NCBI GenBank assembly: GCA_051658125.1
Contig: JBOFMA010000139.1
Span: 4,660 to 68,659 of the forward strand
DNA: 64,000 nucleotides
Direction of reading: 5' to 3'
DNA from: Aeromonas sp.
GTDB taxonomy: Bacteria; Pseudomonadota; Gammaproteobacteria; Enterobacterales; Aeromonadaceae
Part shown: one piece after another, positions 21,630 to 31,386 of the stretch
Layout: each line of letters opens with the position of its first letter
How positions within the stretch are numbered: the first letter of the stretch is position 1
Notes under the pieces: generated by a model
The model's input: only the letters and a program-made list of their open reading frames with translations
What the model was told of the DNA's origin: nothing
Databases searched by the model: none
Position numbers and translations under genes: made by a program

Positions 21630-21682
21630 TACTGCTCTGCGGTGTTCCGCCACAGATAAATCAAAATTGGAAAATCTAATGT

Positions 21683-21767
21683 GCGAAGGTGGCGGAATTG
21701 GTAGACGCGCTAGCTTCAGGTGTTAGTGCCTTCGGGTGTGAGGGTTCGAGTCCCTCTCTTCGCACCA
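21683..21767 (+). tRNA. tRNA-Leu (CAG)
   Basis: Identical to the first copy. Confidence 0.98.
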
Positions 21768-21832
21768 TGAACTGACATGTAAAAACAGTGCCATGCCCCA
21801 TTGCATGTAAAAGATATGGGAACAATCAGTGT

Positions 21833-21918
21833 GCGAAGGTGGCGGAATTGGTAGACGCGCTAGCTTCAGGTGTTAGTGTCCCACGGATGTGAGGGTTCGA
21901 GTCCCTCTCTTCGCACCA
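21833..21918 (+). tRNA. tRNA-Leu (CAG)
   Basis: Same body as the other copies; variable arm differs (GTCCCACGGAT instead of GCCTTCGGGT). Confidence 0.98.
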
Positions 21919-21925
21919 TTCTTCC

Positions 21926-21954
21926 AGCCCATCCGTACGCGGATGGGCTTTTTT
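21926..21954 (+). terminator. Terminator of the tRNA-Leu operon
   Basis: AGCCCATCCG-TACG-CGGATGGGCT followed by a T tract. Confidence 0.9.
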
Positions 21955-22010
21955 ATTGCCGCGCCTAGCGTGCGGTGCTGACGGTATTCATCGAGACGAT
22001 AGGTTGCGCC

Positions 22011-24611
22011 TTGCAGACACAACTTGCCAGCTTAGTTGAGCGTTACGACGCGCTGACACGCCTCAAAACCGAGCGCGCGCTTGCCTTGATGAGCCGCTTA
22101 GGTCAGCAGGTATTCGCCCTGCTGCCGGTCTTACTGCATTTTAACCACCCGCTGTTACCCGGTTTTCTCGCGCCGCAAGGCGGCGTTGCGGTGCCCCACG
22201 GTATCCGCTGCTTTGATCCCGCCTGTGATCACCAAACCCTGCTCGATGACTTAGCCAGCCAAACCCTGCCGGCAGCCGAATTTATCACCACCGAACTGGC
22301 CATTTTAGGCGTGTATGCCATGGGCAGCACGGCGTCGATGGGTCAGGCTTATCAATCGGATCTGGATATTTGGGTGTGCCACGGCTTGGATTTGCCGCCG
22401 GCGCGTTTGGCGTTGCTGGAGCAAAAGTGCCACAAGTTGTCGCGTTGGGCTGAGCAACGCGGCGTGGATTTAAATTTTTTCCTGATCCCGCAAAATAAAT
22501 TCTCACAACAAAACTGCGCCAGTGTCGGTGGCGAAAGCTGCGGCAGTGCCCAGCACTTGCTGCTGCTCGATGAGTTTTATCGCAGCGCCCTGCACATCGC
22601 CGGTCAGCGCTTATTGTGGTTTTTGTTGCCGCGCGATGCAGGTGAAGGCTACGTCACGCGCGTTGAGCGCCTGTTTGCCGATGGCCAATTGCGCCGCGCC
22701 GACTGGCTCGATTTGGGTGGCTTTAACCATATTCCAGCCGAAGAGTACTTCGGCTCGGCGCTGTGGCAGCTGTATAAGGGCATCGATTCACCCTATAAAT
22801 CAGTGCTTAAGCTGCTGCTGATGGAAGCCTATTCCCACGAATACCCGCACACGCGCCTGCTGGCGCTGAGCTATCGCGATTGGTTTAGTGCCGACGCGCC
22901 GCTTGGGCCTGAGCGCCTGACTAACTATCGGCTGGATAATTACGGGCTGATGATGGATCGGGTGACGAACTATTTAAAATCGATCGGTGATTTTGCCCGC
23001 TTAGATTTAGTGCGCCGCTGCTTTTATCTGAAAGTGTGCGATGGTGTGAGTGATTTGGACGATGAGGCAACCCCGGCGTGGCGCCGCGCGCAGCTAAAAA
23101 CCCTGTGCACTTATTGGGGTTGGAGCGCGGCTAAACGCCAGCGACTCAATAACCGCCACCAGTGGAAAATTGAAGAGGTGAAAATCGAGCACGCTGAGTT
23201 GCTCGAGGCCTTGATGCACAGCTATCGCAACCTCATTCAATTTGCGCGGCGCAATAACATCAGCGAATCGATCAACGCCGAAGATATTGGCGTGCTGTCG
23301 CGCAAACTGTATGCCGCGTTTGAAAGCCTGCCGGGCAAGGTGCAGCGGATTAACCTCAATATTGCGCCGGATTTAAGCGAGGCTAATTTGAGCTTTGTGC
23401 AGGTGCCCAGCGGCCGGCTAAATCGCGCCGGCTGGTATCTGTATAAGCACTCGCTGGAACCGGCCCAAATTGCCGGGCGCGCGCCGCTGGAATTTAACCG
23501 CTACCTGTCGAAATTGGTGGCGTGGGCCTATTTTAACGATCTGCTCACGCCCCATACCCAAGTGCAGTTGTTTAACCAAGGCTCGGATCTGCATTTAGAT
23601 AATTTGCAGCATGTGTGCCGCGATCTGCGGCAAAGCTTTCGGCAAAAATACCCGCCAGCCACCAATTTAGCCCTCAGTCGCCCTTGTGAATTGCGCCATA
23701 TCGCTATTTTCTTAAACCTCGAACGCGATCCGACCAACCATTGGAGCGGTAAACTGGTGGAGGCGGACGCTGGGCCTTTGGATGTGTTTTCGTTTGGTAG
23801 CGAGCGCGAATGCTTAATTGGCTCGATTGATCTGGTGTATCGCAACTCGTGGAGTGAGATTCGCACCCTGCATTTTACCGGCGAAGAGGCGGTGGTGCAT
23901 GCGCTCACCACTTTACTGGGCAAAATGCACCAAGAAGCCCGCGCGCCAGAAACGTTGGATGTGTATTGCTACAGCGAGCACTTTCGGCCGCAGGTGCGCC
24001 AAGGCTTTGCCGAGTTGCTCGAAGAGTGCATTGCCTTGTGGCTGACCCCCGATAAATCCCAGCTGGTGAAAACCTTAACCTTGGGCCGCGCCACCTACGG
24101 CATTTTCTTTGAGCGCCGCGGGGTTTCGGTGAAAAAGCTGGAAAACGCCATCGATTTTTATCACCAAATTTCGCACAACAAGCTTGAACACTTGCCGATG
24201 CGGCTAGATAAAAGCCACAGCCAGCATTTGCCGAGCATTGTAGATACCTATGCCAGCGAAGGCTTGGTGCAGTTCTTTTTTGATACCCGCGATGAAGGGC
24301 GCCATCTGTATATTTTGGATGAGGCCAACCGCGTCGAGGTGTATCAGCACTTTGCTGGGGATCGGGACGAACTGGTGGCGGGGGTTAACCGTTTTTACAC
24401 CGCTAAACAGGGCAAAGCGCAAGACGATGGCCGCTTGACCCATTTTAACTTGCCGCAGTTTTACGATTTAGTCGTGCCGGAGGATGCCGCCGAAGGCGAG
24501 CTCACCGTCGTGCCACACCGCAGCGCTGGCAGTGCGCCGACCGTGGATGCCGCCTCGCAGGATGCGGCAGCCGACATCGCAGCGGCTGCCTCCTCGGCGC
24601 CACGCACTTAA
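22011..24611 (+). CDS. cyaA: Class I adenylate cyclase
   Basis: [49 protein letters not shown] and RKLYAAFE motifs. TTG at 22011 chosen because enteric cyaA genes start with TTG. Confidence 0.96.
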   Translation: MQTQLASLVERYDALTRLKTERALALMSRLGQQVFALLPVLLHFNHPLLPGFLAPQGGVAVPHGIRCFDPACDHQTLLDDLASQTLPAAEFITTELAILGVYAMGSTASMGQAYQSDLDIWVCHGLDLPPARLALLEQKCHKLSRWAEQRGVDLNFFLIPQNKFSQQNCASVGGESCGSAQHLLLLDEFYRSALHIAGQRLLWFLLPRDAGEGYVTRVERLFADGQLRRADWLDLGGFNHIPAEEYFGSALWQLYKGIDSPYKSVLKLLLMEAYSHEYPHTRLLALSYRDWFSADAPLGPERLTNYRLDNYGLMMDRVTNYLKSIGDFARLDLVRRCFYLKVCDGVSDLDDEATPAWRRAQLKTLCTYWGWSAAKRQRLNNRHQWKIEEVKIEHAELLEALMHSYRNLIQFARRNNISESINAEDIGVLSRKLYAAFESLPGKVQRINLNIAPDLSEANLSFVQVPSGRLNRAGWYLYKHSLEPAQIAGRAPLEFNRYLSKLVAWAYFNDLLTPHTQVQLFNQGSDLHLDNLQHVCRDLRQSFRQKYPPATNLALSRPCELRHIAIFLNLERDPTNHWSGKLVEADAGPLDVFSFGSERECLIGSIDLVYRNSWSEIRTLHFTGEEAVVHALTTLLGKMHQEARAPETLDVYCYSEHFRPQVRQGFAELLEECIALWLTPDKSQLVKTLTLGRATYGIFFERRGVSVKKLENAIDFYHQISHNKLEHLPMRLDKSHSQHLPSIVDTYASEGLVQFFFDTRDEGRHLYILDEANRVEVYQHFAGDRDELVAGVNRFYTAKQGKAQDDGRLTHFNLPQFYDLVVPEDAAEGELTVVPHRSAGSAPTVDAASQDAAADIAAAASSAPRT

Positions 24612-24660
24612 AGCCGCTCGGCGTGCCGCCGTTCCAAGCCTACGTGGGCTAAGCCTAGTT

Positions 24661-25311
24661 TTAGCCTAAGCGTGCCAACAGCCAGTGGCGCATATCGGCT
24701 AGTTGCGCTTGGCACACTTCATGGCGCATGGGGTATTCATGCCACGCTGGCGCCAGTCCCAGCGTTTCTAGCAGGCTTTTGGCCTGCCAGCCCAAACTCA
24801 TCGCCACCACGTCATCATACACGCCATGCATGTAGCACACGGGCAGCTCACGAGCCGCTGGGCTTATCTCGTTGGCTAGCTGTTCGGGCGCGGCTAAATA
24901 GGTGGATAAGCAGAGTAAGCCGCCGAGCGGGCGCTCGGCGCGCAAGGCGCAAAAGCTGGCAATCACGCCGCCTTGGGAAAAGCCGGCCAGCACAATGCGC
25001 TCGCTGGCAAACCCTTCGCCCACCAGTTGATCAATTAACGCATTTATCTGCTGCGCACTGGCGCGCACATCGGCTTCCACCGCGCGCAGGCTCGGCGCGC
25101 TAAAGCTGATGATGTCGTACCACGCCCGCAGCTTTTGCCCGTCGCTGATGGTCACGGGCCGAAACGGGGCGCTCGGCAACAGATGCCGCACCGGCAGATC
25201 GCTCGGCAGTTGCAGCGCGTCAACCAGTGGCGCTAAGCCGCTGCCGCTATCGCCTAAGCCGTGCAGCCAGATAATGGCGTGGCGCGCGCCAGCGGGGTGT
25301 CGATCGATCAT
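24661..25311 (-). CDS. Phospholipase/carboxylesterase (alpha/beta hydrolase)
   Basis: WLHGLGDSG, RAWYDI, GFSQGG nucleophile elbow, MHGVYDDVV and MRHEV motifs; ATGA overlap with cyaY. Confidence 0.9.
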   Translation of the reverse strand: MIDRHPAGARHAIIWLHGLGDSGSGLAPLVDALQLPSDLPVRHLLPSAPFRPVTISDGQKLRAWYDIISFSAPSLRAVEADVRASAQQINALIDQLVGEGFASERIVLAGFSQGGVIASFCALRAERPLGGLLCLSTYLAAPEQLANEISPAARELPVCYMHGVYDDVVAMSLGWQAKSLLETLGLAPAWHEYPMRHEVCQAQLADMRHWLLARLG

Positions 25312-25622
25312 AAAAAGCTCACCGCCTCGCCCGCTTGTTTGCTGGCCGCGTCACTAAGCAGCGCGCCTAACTCTTGGCCAAACCGGTTATCAATCCAGCC
25401 GCCCGCGGTTAAATCAAAGTGAAAGCCGTTTTCTTGGGTGGCGACCCAGATCTGATGCAGCGGCTCTTGCTTGTTAACAATGATCTTGCTGCGATTCTCA
25501 AAGCTCAAACTCAGCAAACCGCCTGCGCGCTCGCAATCAATGTCAGGGTAATTTTGGTCAACGACATCTTCAATATGCTGGAAATACTGGTCAACGATGG
25601 CGTGAAACTCGTGATCTTTCAT
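25308..25622 (-). CDS. cyaY: Iron donor protein CyaY (frataxin homolog)
   Basis: MKDHEFH.., KIIVNKQEPLHQIWVAT..GFHF motif. Confidence 0.96.
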   Translation of the reverse strand: MKDHEFHAIVDQYFQHIEDVVDQNYPDIDCERAGGLLSLSFENRSKIIVNKQEPLHQIWVATQENGFHFDLTAGGWIDNRFGQELGALLSDAASKQAGEAVSFL

Positions 25623-25700
25623 AGACTTATCCTGTTGCTTTTGCTGATGTGAGTGCGATTATAGAAGACCAAAACTAATTTTCCGAAAGCCGCTTACGTT

Positions 25701-25841
25701 ATGTTGCTCCGTCCATTTTGCTTAGTTGTTTTGCTGGCCAGCGTTAGCCTCGCCGGTTGTGGCTTAAAAGGCCCCTTGTATATGCCCACGCCACCGAGCG
25801 CGCCAGCGCCAAGTACGCCGCCGCCAACGCCCACCCCCTAA
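25701..25841 (+). CDS. lptM: Small lipoprotein LptM (YifL/LppL), 46 aa; not in the ORF track
   Basis: MLLRPFCLVVLLASVSLAGC lipobox followed by GLKGPLYMP and a Pro-rich tail; conserved position between cyaY and lysA/dapF. Confidence 0.88.
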   Translation: MLLRPFCLVVLLASVSLAGCGLKGPLYMPTPPSAPAPSTPPPTPTP

Positions 25842-25858
25842 GACGATAGGATTGCCCC

Positions 25859-27109
25859 TTGGACCACTTTACCTATTCCGCCTCAGGTGCGTTACAGGCC
25901 GAGGCGCTGTCGCTAGCTGAGCTGGCCGCGACCTATGGTACGCCGCTGTATGTCTATTCCCGCGCTAGCTTAGAGCAGCACTGGCGGGCATTTGATGCCG
26001 CCGCGGGCACTTTGCCGCATCTTATCTGCTATGCGGTGAAAGCCAACTCAAACTTGGCTATTTTAAATTTGCTCGCGCGGCTGGGTTCTGGGTTTGACAT
26101 CGTCTCTGGCGGTGAGTTGGCGCGGGTGTTAGCCGCCGGCGGTGATGCACGCAAAGTGGTGTTTTCTGGGGTGGCCAAAAGTCGCGCCGAGCTTGAATAT
26201 GCGCTGGGCGCAGACATTTTGTGCTTTAACGTGGAATCGCAAGGTGAGCTAGAGCGCTTAAACCTTGTGGCTGGCGAGTTGGGCAAGCGCGCGCGTATTT
26301 CGCTGCGGGTTAACCCTGACATTGACGCCGGCACGCACCCGTATATCTCCACGGGATTAAAGAAAAACAAGTTTGGTATCGCCATCGAACAGGCACCGGC
26401 GCTGTATCGCTTGGCCGCCCGCTTGCCGCATCTGGACGTAGTCGGCGTGGATTGTCATATCGGCTCGCAACTCACCGAGTTGGCGCCCTTTTTGGCCGCG
26501 ACCGATAAGCTACTCGCTTTAGTCGATCAGCTGGCGGCCGAAGGTATAGTGCTGGCGCATGTGGATGTCGGCGGGGGGCTGGGTGTGGTGTATGACCAAG
26601 AGACGCCGCCGCAGGTTGAGACCTATGGCCGCGCGCTGCAAGCCAAATTCGCTGGGCGTAATCTCACCCTGATCTTTGAGCCAGGCCGCGCTATTGTGGC
26701 GCCGGCTGGGGTGCTGGTCACACAGGTAGAATATTTAAAAAGCGGCAGTGAACGGCACTTTGCCATTGTCGATGCCGGCATGAACGACCTGCTGCGCCCC
26801 GCGCTGTATAGCGCGTGGATGAAGATTGTTGAAGTGCAGCAAACTCCCGACGTGCCGCGCGCCCGCTATGATGTGGTGGGACCGGTGTGCGAAACCGGCG
26901 ATTTTCTTGGCAAAGGCCGGGAGTTGGCGCTGGAACCTGGCGCCTTGCTGGCGGTGCGCGCTGCCGGTGCCTATGGCTTTAGCATGGCGTCTAATTACAA
27001 TACGCGGCCACGCGCCGCCGAGGTGCTGGTGGATGGCGCCAAGGCACACTTGATCCGTGAACGCGAGCCGCTTGAGGCGCTGTGGCGTGGTGAGCATCTT
27101 CTTCCTTGA
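25859..27109 (+). CDS. lysA: Diaminopimelate decarboxylase
   Basis: YAVKANSN (PLP lysine), FDIVSGGEL, HIGSQ, EPGR and GPVCETGD motifs. Confidence 0.97.
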   Translation: MDHFTYSASGALQAEALSLAELAATYGTPLYVYSRASLEQHWRAFDAAAGTLPHLICYAVKANSNLAILNLLARLGSGFDIVSGGELARVLAAGGDARKVVFSGVAKSRAELEYALGADILCFNVESQGELERLNLVAGELGKRARISLRVNPDIDAGTHPYISTGLKKNKFGIAIEQAPALYRLAARLPHLDVVGVDCHIGSQLTELAPFLAATDKLLALVDQLAAEGIVLAHVDVGGGLGVVYDQETPPQVETYGRALQAKFAGRNLTLIFEPGRAIVAPAGVLVTQVEYLKSGSERHFAIVDAGMNDLLRPALYSAWMKIVEVQQTPDVPRARYDVVGPVCETGDFLGKGRELALEPGALLAVRAAGAYGFSMASNYNTRPRAAEVLVDGAKAHLIREREPLEALWRGEHLLP

Positions 27110-27145
27110 TGGCGCGGCCATCTTAACCAATACACAGTGGGCGCT

Positions 27146-27976
27146 ATGGTGATCGATTTTTCCAAGATGCATGGACTCGGCAACGACTTCATGGTGGTCG
27201 ATGGAGTAACGCAAAAAGTATTTTTTAGCAGTGATGTGATCAAAAAATTGGCCGACCGCCACTATGGCGTTGGCTTTGATCAGCTGCTGCTGGTTGAGCC
27301 GCCCTATGATCCGGAGCTCGATTTCCACTATCGCATTTTTAATGCCGACGGCACTGAAGTGGAGCAGTGCGGCAACGGCGCGCGCTGTTTTGCGCGCTTT
27401 GTGCGGGAAAAAGGGTTGATCAATCGCGATCGCATCGCGGTGGGCACGGCGCGCGGCCGGATCATGTTGCAATTAGAAAGCGGCGACCAAGTGACAGTGA
27501 ACATGGGCGCGCCACAATTTGAACCCAGCAAGATCCCCTTTCGCGCGCAAAAAGCGGAAAAAACCTATTTGCTGCGCGTGCAAGAGCACACGGTGATGTG
27601 CGGCGTGGTAGCGGTGGGTAACCCCCATTGTGTGGTGGAAGTGGCGGATGTTGTCGAGGCGCCGGTGGCCAGCTTGGGCGCGGCATTGGAGCGCTTTGAG
27701 CGCTTTCCCGACAAGGTCAATGTCGGCTTTATGCAAATTATTAGTGCCAGTGAAATTCGACTGCGCGTGTTTGAGCGCGGCTGCGGCGAGACCCTCGCCT
27801 GTGGTAGTGGCGCGTGCGCCGCGGTGGTGGTGGGCATTTTGCAGGGCAAGCTTAAAGAGCGTGTGCTGGTGCATCTGCCCGGCGGCGATTTGACCATCGC
27901 TTGGCGCGGCCCCGACCAACCGGTGTATATGACCGGGCCTACCGAACATATTTTTGATGGCCAAGTGGAGCTGTAA
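27146..27976 (+). CDS. dapF: Diaminopimelate epimerase
   Basis: [24 protein letters not shown] and [13 protein letters not shown] motifs. Confidence 0.98.
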   Translation: MVIDFSKMHGLGNDFMVVDGVTQKVFFSSDVIKKLADRHYGVGFDQLLLVEPPYDPELDFHYRIFNADGTEVEQCGNGARCFARFVREKGLINRDRIAVGTARGRIMLQLESGDQVTVNMGAPQFEPSKIPFRAQKAEKTYLLRVQEHTVMCGVVAVGNPHCVVEVADVVEAPVASLGAALERFERFPDKVNVGFMQIISASEIRLRVFERGCGETLACGSGACAAVVVGILQGKLKERVLVHLPGGDLTIAWRGPDQPVYMTGPTEHIFDGQVEL

Positions 27977-27978
27977 GC

Positions 27979-29082
27979 GTGACGCCCACCCCAGCCATGC
28001 GGCCTACCGATGAACTGGTGGCGCAAAATGCCGCCTATTTAGCCCATTTGGCCGCCACCGGCTTAAGTGCTGGCCGCCAGCGCCAAGCGGTGCGTGATTT
28101 GCAGCAATTATCCACTGTGGCGGCGGCGCTGCAGCTGGCTTGCTGGCAAGCGCTCACGCCGCCTTTGGTGCCGGCTTTTTTGCACTATTGGCAGACGCAC
28201 GGGCTGGCAAGCAGCCGGCAGCAGGCGCTATTGGCTACGCTGCGCCGCTTGTGTGATTGGCAAATGCTCAGCGGGCAGCGGCCGGCCAATCCGCTGCGCG
28301 GGTTAGCGCCGATTAAGCATGTGCCAGAAAAATCCGCCGCTTTGGCCAGCAGCGCCGTGTCCCAATTACTGGAGCGGCGTGCGTCCTCTGGTGGGGTGGA
28401 TCTGCGCGGTGACCGCTTGCTGGCGCGCGATCGCGCCATGTTTGAGCTGATTTATGCCACGGGGCTGCGCGTGACCGAGCTTATCGCTTTGGATGTGGCC
28501 GACGTTAATTTAACCGAGCGCTGGCTGCAGATTGGCGGGCGCCGCGCGCGCGCGCTGCCGCTGGGGCGCTTGGCGCAAGAGAGCTTAAAGCAGTGGCTAA
28601 CCTGGCGCCAAGGCTGGGCGCCGGCGCATGAACCGGCGCTGTTTTTATCCCAGCAGCGTAAACGCATTTCAGCGTATGGCGTGCAGCTGCGCCTTGATGC
28701 ATGGGGCAAAAACCAAGCGATGGCAGTGGCGGTGACGCCCAGTGTGTTGCGCCGCAGCGCCGCTGAACATATGCGCGCCGCCGGTACCGACTTGGCGGCG
28801 CTACAGGCGCAGCTTGGGCTTGGCACCTTGGCCACCGCCGCCCAATATGGCGCGCCGGCGTGGGAACAAATCAATCAGTCCTATGCGTTGCACCCACGCG
28901 CCAAGCGCCGCGCTGCGGCGCCGCTGGATGTGGCGGCCATGCCCGCCGATAAACGGCAAAGCCCAGAGCCAGAAATAGCCGAAACGCTTGAGCCGGTCGC
29001 CGCCTTAGTCCCGCAGCCACTGGCCGCAGAGCCGGCGCCGGATCAGGCGGCCCCCGCGCAAGACCCAAGGCAGGCAGATTGA
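27979..29082 (+). CDS. xerC: XerC-like tyrosine recombinase, divergent and catalytically degenerate
   Basis: RDRAMFELIYATGLRVTEL box I, ALFLS..KRIS, C-terminal HPRAKR and dapF-xerC-yigB synteny. Box II reads PSVLRRS...LGL...QY instead of PHxLRHS...LGH...IY. Confidence 0.8.
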   Translation: MTPTPAMRPTDELVAQNAAYLAHLAATGLSAGRQRQAVRDLQQLSTVAAALQLACWQALTPPLVPAFLHYWQTHGLASSRQQALLATLRRLCDWQMLSGQRPANPLRGLAPIKHVPEKSAALASSAVSQLLERRASSGGVDLRGDRLLARDRAMFELIYATGLRVTELIALDVADVNLTERWLQIGGRRARALPLGRLAQESLKQWLTWRQGWAPAHEPALFLSQQRKRISAYGVQLRLDAWGKNQAMAVAVTPSVLRRSAAEHMRAAGTDLAALQAQLGLGTLATAAQYGAPAWEQINQSYALHPRAKRRAAAPLDVAAMPADKRQSPEPEIAETLEPVAALVPQPLAAEPAPDQAAPAQDPRQAD

Positions 29083-29807
29083 TGCAGTTTTATCGCCGCT
29101 GGCAGCCGGTGCAGGCGCTGAGTTTTGACCTAGACGACACTCTATATGACAACGGGCCGGTGATGGCGCGCGCTGAGCAGGCGTGGCTTACGGCCTTAAC
29201 ACAATGCCAGCCGCAGGCCGGCGCGTGGCATCGCGCCCGTTGGCAACAGGCCAAGCGCACGGCTTTGGAGCGTGATCCGCGGCTGCGCGGTGATGTCACC
29301 GCTTGGCGCTGGGCTGCGGCCTTTGGCGCGCTGCGTGCCGCCGGCGGTGATGAGCTTGCGGCGCGAGCGGCAACCGATCAGTTGCTGGCCGAATTTTTGG
29401 CCGTGCGCGCCCAAGTGCGCATTGCGCCCGAGGTGCATCAGTTATTAGCTGCGTTGCAGGCGCAGTACCCGCTTATCGTGATCACTAACGGTAATGTTGA
29501 TTTAGCCGCGATTGGCTTGGCCGGTTATTTTACGGCCGTGTTTAAAGCCTCGCTGGCATGGCCGATGAAGCCAGCACCAGCCATGTTTAGCGCCGCGGCG
29601 GCGGCGGTGAACTTGGCGCCCGCACAAATTCTGCATATTGGCGATCATCCGCTCACCGATGTCGCGGGCGCCAAAGCGGCCGGTTTTCGCGCCGCTTGGC
29701 TAAGTCCGCGCGCCGCGCCGCTGCCGGCGCTGCTGCCGGATGTGCGCATAACGCAGTTAGCTGAGTTGGCTGATGTTCTGCTGCCCGCGCGCAAAAACAG
29801 CCGGTAG
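29082..29807 (+). CDS. yigB: HAD-superfamily hydrolase (YigB-like FMN phosphatase)
   Basis: SFDLDDTLYDN, ITNGN, KP and HIGDHPLTDVAGA HAD motifs; TGATG overlap with xerC. Confidence 0.88.
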   Translation: MQFYRRWQPVQALSFDLDDTLYDNGPVMARAEQAWLTALTQCQPQAGAWHRARWQQAKRTALERDPRLRGDVTAWRWAAAFGALRAAGGDELAARAATDQLLAEFLAVRAQVRIAPEVHQLLAALQAQYPLIVITNGNVDLAAIGLAGYFTAVFKASLAWPMKPAPAMFSAAAAAVNLAPAQILHIGDHPLTDVAGAKAAGFRAAWLSPRAAPLPALLPDVRITQLAELADVLLPARKNSR

Positions 29808-29934
29808 TGGGGTTACTTTGGTGACGTTTTTTGTGCTTTAAGGTGAAACTTTGTTGGGCTAGCGGGGCTAGATTGCTAGAATCGCGCCTTTGTCGCTCGC
29901 CTGTGAGCTAACTTTTGTGAGTTCAGATTCTTTT

Positions 29935-31281
29935 ATGCATTCATCGGCCCACTATCGCCATCTGCTGGCCCAGCTGCCACAAATGGCCATAACTGCAGAT
30001 CAATTTGCGGTACTTAGCCAAGCGCAAGAATTTAAGCAGCGCATCCTGAGCTTGATTGCGCAGGCGACAACGCGCATCTATTTAGTCGCCCTTTATCTGC
30101 AAGATGATGAAGCTGGCCGCGAAATTTTAGATGCCCTGTATGCGGCCAAAGCGCGCCAGCCTGAGTTAGATATCAAAGTGTTTGTTGATTTCCATCGCGC
30201 CCAGCGTGGCCTGATTGGCAAAGGCAAGCAGGGTGGCAATCATCAGCGCTATCAGGCGCTGGCCATGAGCCACAGCGAAACCGTGCCCGTGTATGGCGTG
30301 CCGGTAAAAGGCCGTGAGCTGCTGGGCGTGCTGCATCTTAAGGGCTTTGTGTTTGATGACAGCGTGCTCTATTCCGGTGCCAGCCTTAATAACATCTACT
30401 TGCACCAGCAAGAGCGCTACCGCTTTGATCGTTACCATCAAATTGACAACCCGTTGCTGGCGCAATGCATGGTGGATTTTATCGATCAGCACTTTATGCA
30501 CGAAGCGGTGCCGCGCTTAGACTGGCCAAATATCCCCAGTGCCAAACAACTGAAAGCACCGATCCGCCGCTTTAAAGCTGCGCTGCGCCGCGGTCAATAT
30601 CGCTGCCCAGTGATGCCGGTCGGCGAGCAAGAAATAGGCTTGACGCCGCTAGCGGGCCTTGGCAAGCGCGGCAATGAACTCAATCAGATGATCCGCAACT
30701 TGGTGCGCGCCTGTGAGCGGGAAATATTCATCTGCACGCCGTACTTTAACCCGCCGAAAGATCTTAATCGGGACATTGAAGGCTTGCTTGCACGCGGTTG
30801 CAGCGTAACCTTGGTGATCGGCGATAAAACCGCCAATGACTTTTTCATTCCGCCGGAAGAAAAATTCACCACCATCGGTGGCTTGCCCTATTTGTATGAG
30901 ATGAATCTGCGCCAATTTGCCGAGCACAACCAAGCCTATATCGACGCCGGGCGCTTAAATATCATGCTCTGGCAGCACGAGCGGCACTCTTATCACCTCA
31001 AAGGCATTTTTGTGGATAACGAGTGGGCGCTGCTGACGGGGAATAACTTAAACCCGCGGGCGTGGGCGTTGGATCTGGAAAATGGCCTGTTTTTGCAAGA
31101 CAAAGGCCAGCTGCTGGCGGACAAATTTGCCGCTGAGCGCGCGCATATTTTGCAGCACACCACGCGACTAGTGCATTTTACTCGCCTAGACAAACTGGAA
31201 GATTACCCAGAAAAGGTGCGCAAATTGCTGGCGCGGATCCATCGCTTAAAAGCGCATTTGCTGCTAAATCGCATTATTTAG
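29935..31281 (+). CDS. pssA: Phosphatidylserine synthase (PLD type)
   Basis: Two HKD-type motifs (LHLKGFVFDD, YHLKGIFVD), VDFHRAQRGLIG and GDKTANDFFIP motifs. Confidence 0.95.
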   Translation: MHSSAHYRHLLAQLPQMAITADQFAVLSQAQEFKQRILSLIAQATTRIYLVALYLQDDEAGREILDALYAAKARQPELDIKVFVDFHRAQRGLIGKGKQGGNHQRYQALAMSHSETVPVYGVPVKGRELLGVLHLKGFVFDDSVLYSGASLNNIYLHQQERYRFDRYHQIDNPLLAQCMVDFIDQHFMHEAVPRLDWPNIPSAKQLKAPIRRFKAALRRGQYRCPVMPVGEQEIGLTPLAGLGKRGNELNQMIRNLVRACEREIFICTPYFNPPKDLNRDIEGLLARGCSVTLVIGDKTANDFFIPPEEKFTTIGGLPYLYEMNLRQFAEHNQAYIDAGRLNIMLWQHERHSYHLKGIFVDNEWALLTGNNLNPRAWALDLENGLFLQDKGQLLADKFAAERAHILQHTTRLVHFTRLDKLEDYPEKVRKLLARIHRLKAHLLLNRII

Positions 31282-31299
31282 TGCCGCGCGGATCAAACG

Positions 31300-31336
31300 A
31301 AAGGCCTAGCCCCTGCGCTAGGCCTTTGTTTTTTTT
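31300..31336 (+). terminator. Terminator after pssA
   Basis: AAAGGCCTAGC-CCCTGC-GCTAGGCCTTT followed by a T tract. Confidence 0.8.
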
Positions 31337-31350
31337 AGAAAAAAGTTATT

Positions 31351-31370
31351 ATCTGGACAAATTTACAGTT
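31351..31370. promoter_or_regulatory. Putative LexA (SOS) box upstream of recG
   Basis: atCTGgacaaatttaCAGtt = CTG-N10-CAG with AT-rich core, ending 16 bp before the recG ATG. Confidence 0.55.
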
Positions 31371-31386
31371 TTTTAGGTAGCGGCCG

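Noticed and set aside
21545-21918. Three near-identical ~85-bp repeats with unique spacers, resembling a CRISPR array
   Set aside because: Each repeat folds as tRNA-Leu(CAG) with a CCA end; repeats are too long for CRISPR and no cas genes are present.
26735-28026. Long antisense ORFs over lysA and dapF (245, 163 and 153 aa)
   Set aside because: Shadow frames of well-supported genes in GC-rich DNA; no motifs.
27979-29082. Possible prophage or island integrase
   Set aside because: It lies in the core dapF-xerC-yigB operon with no att repeats or cargo genes; it is the xerC ortholog, though degenerate.
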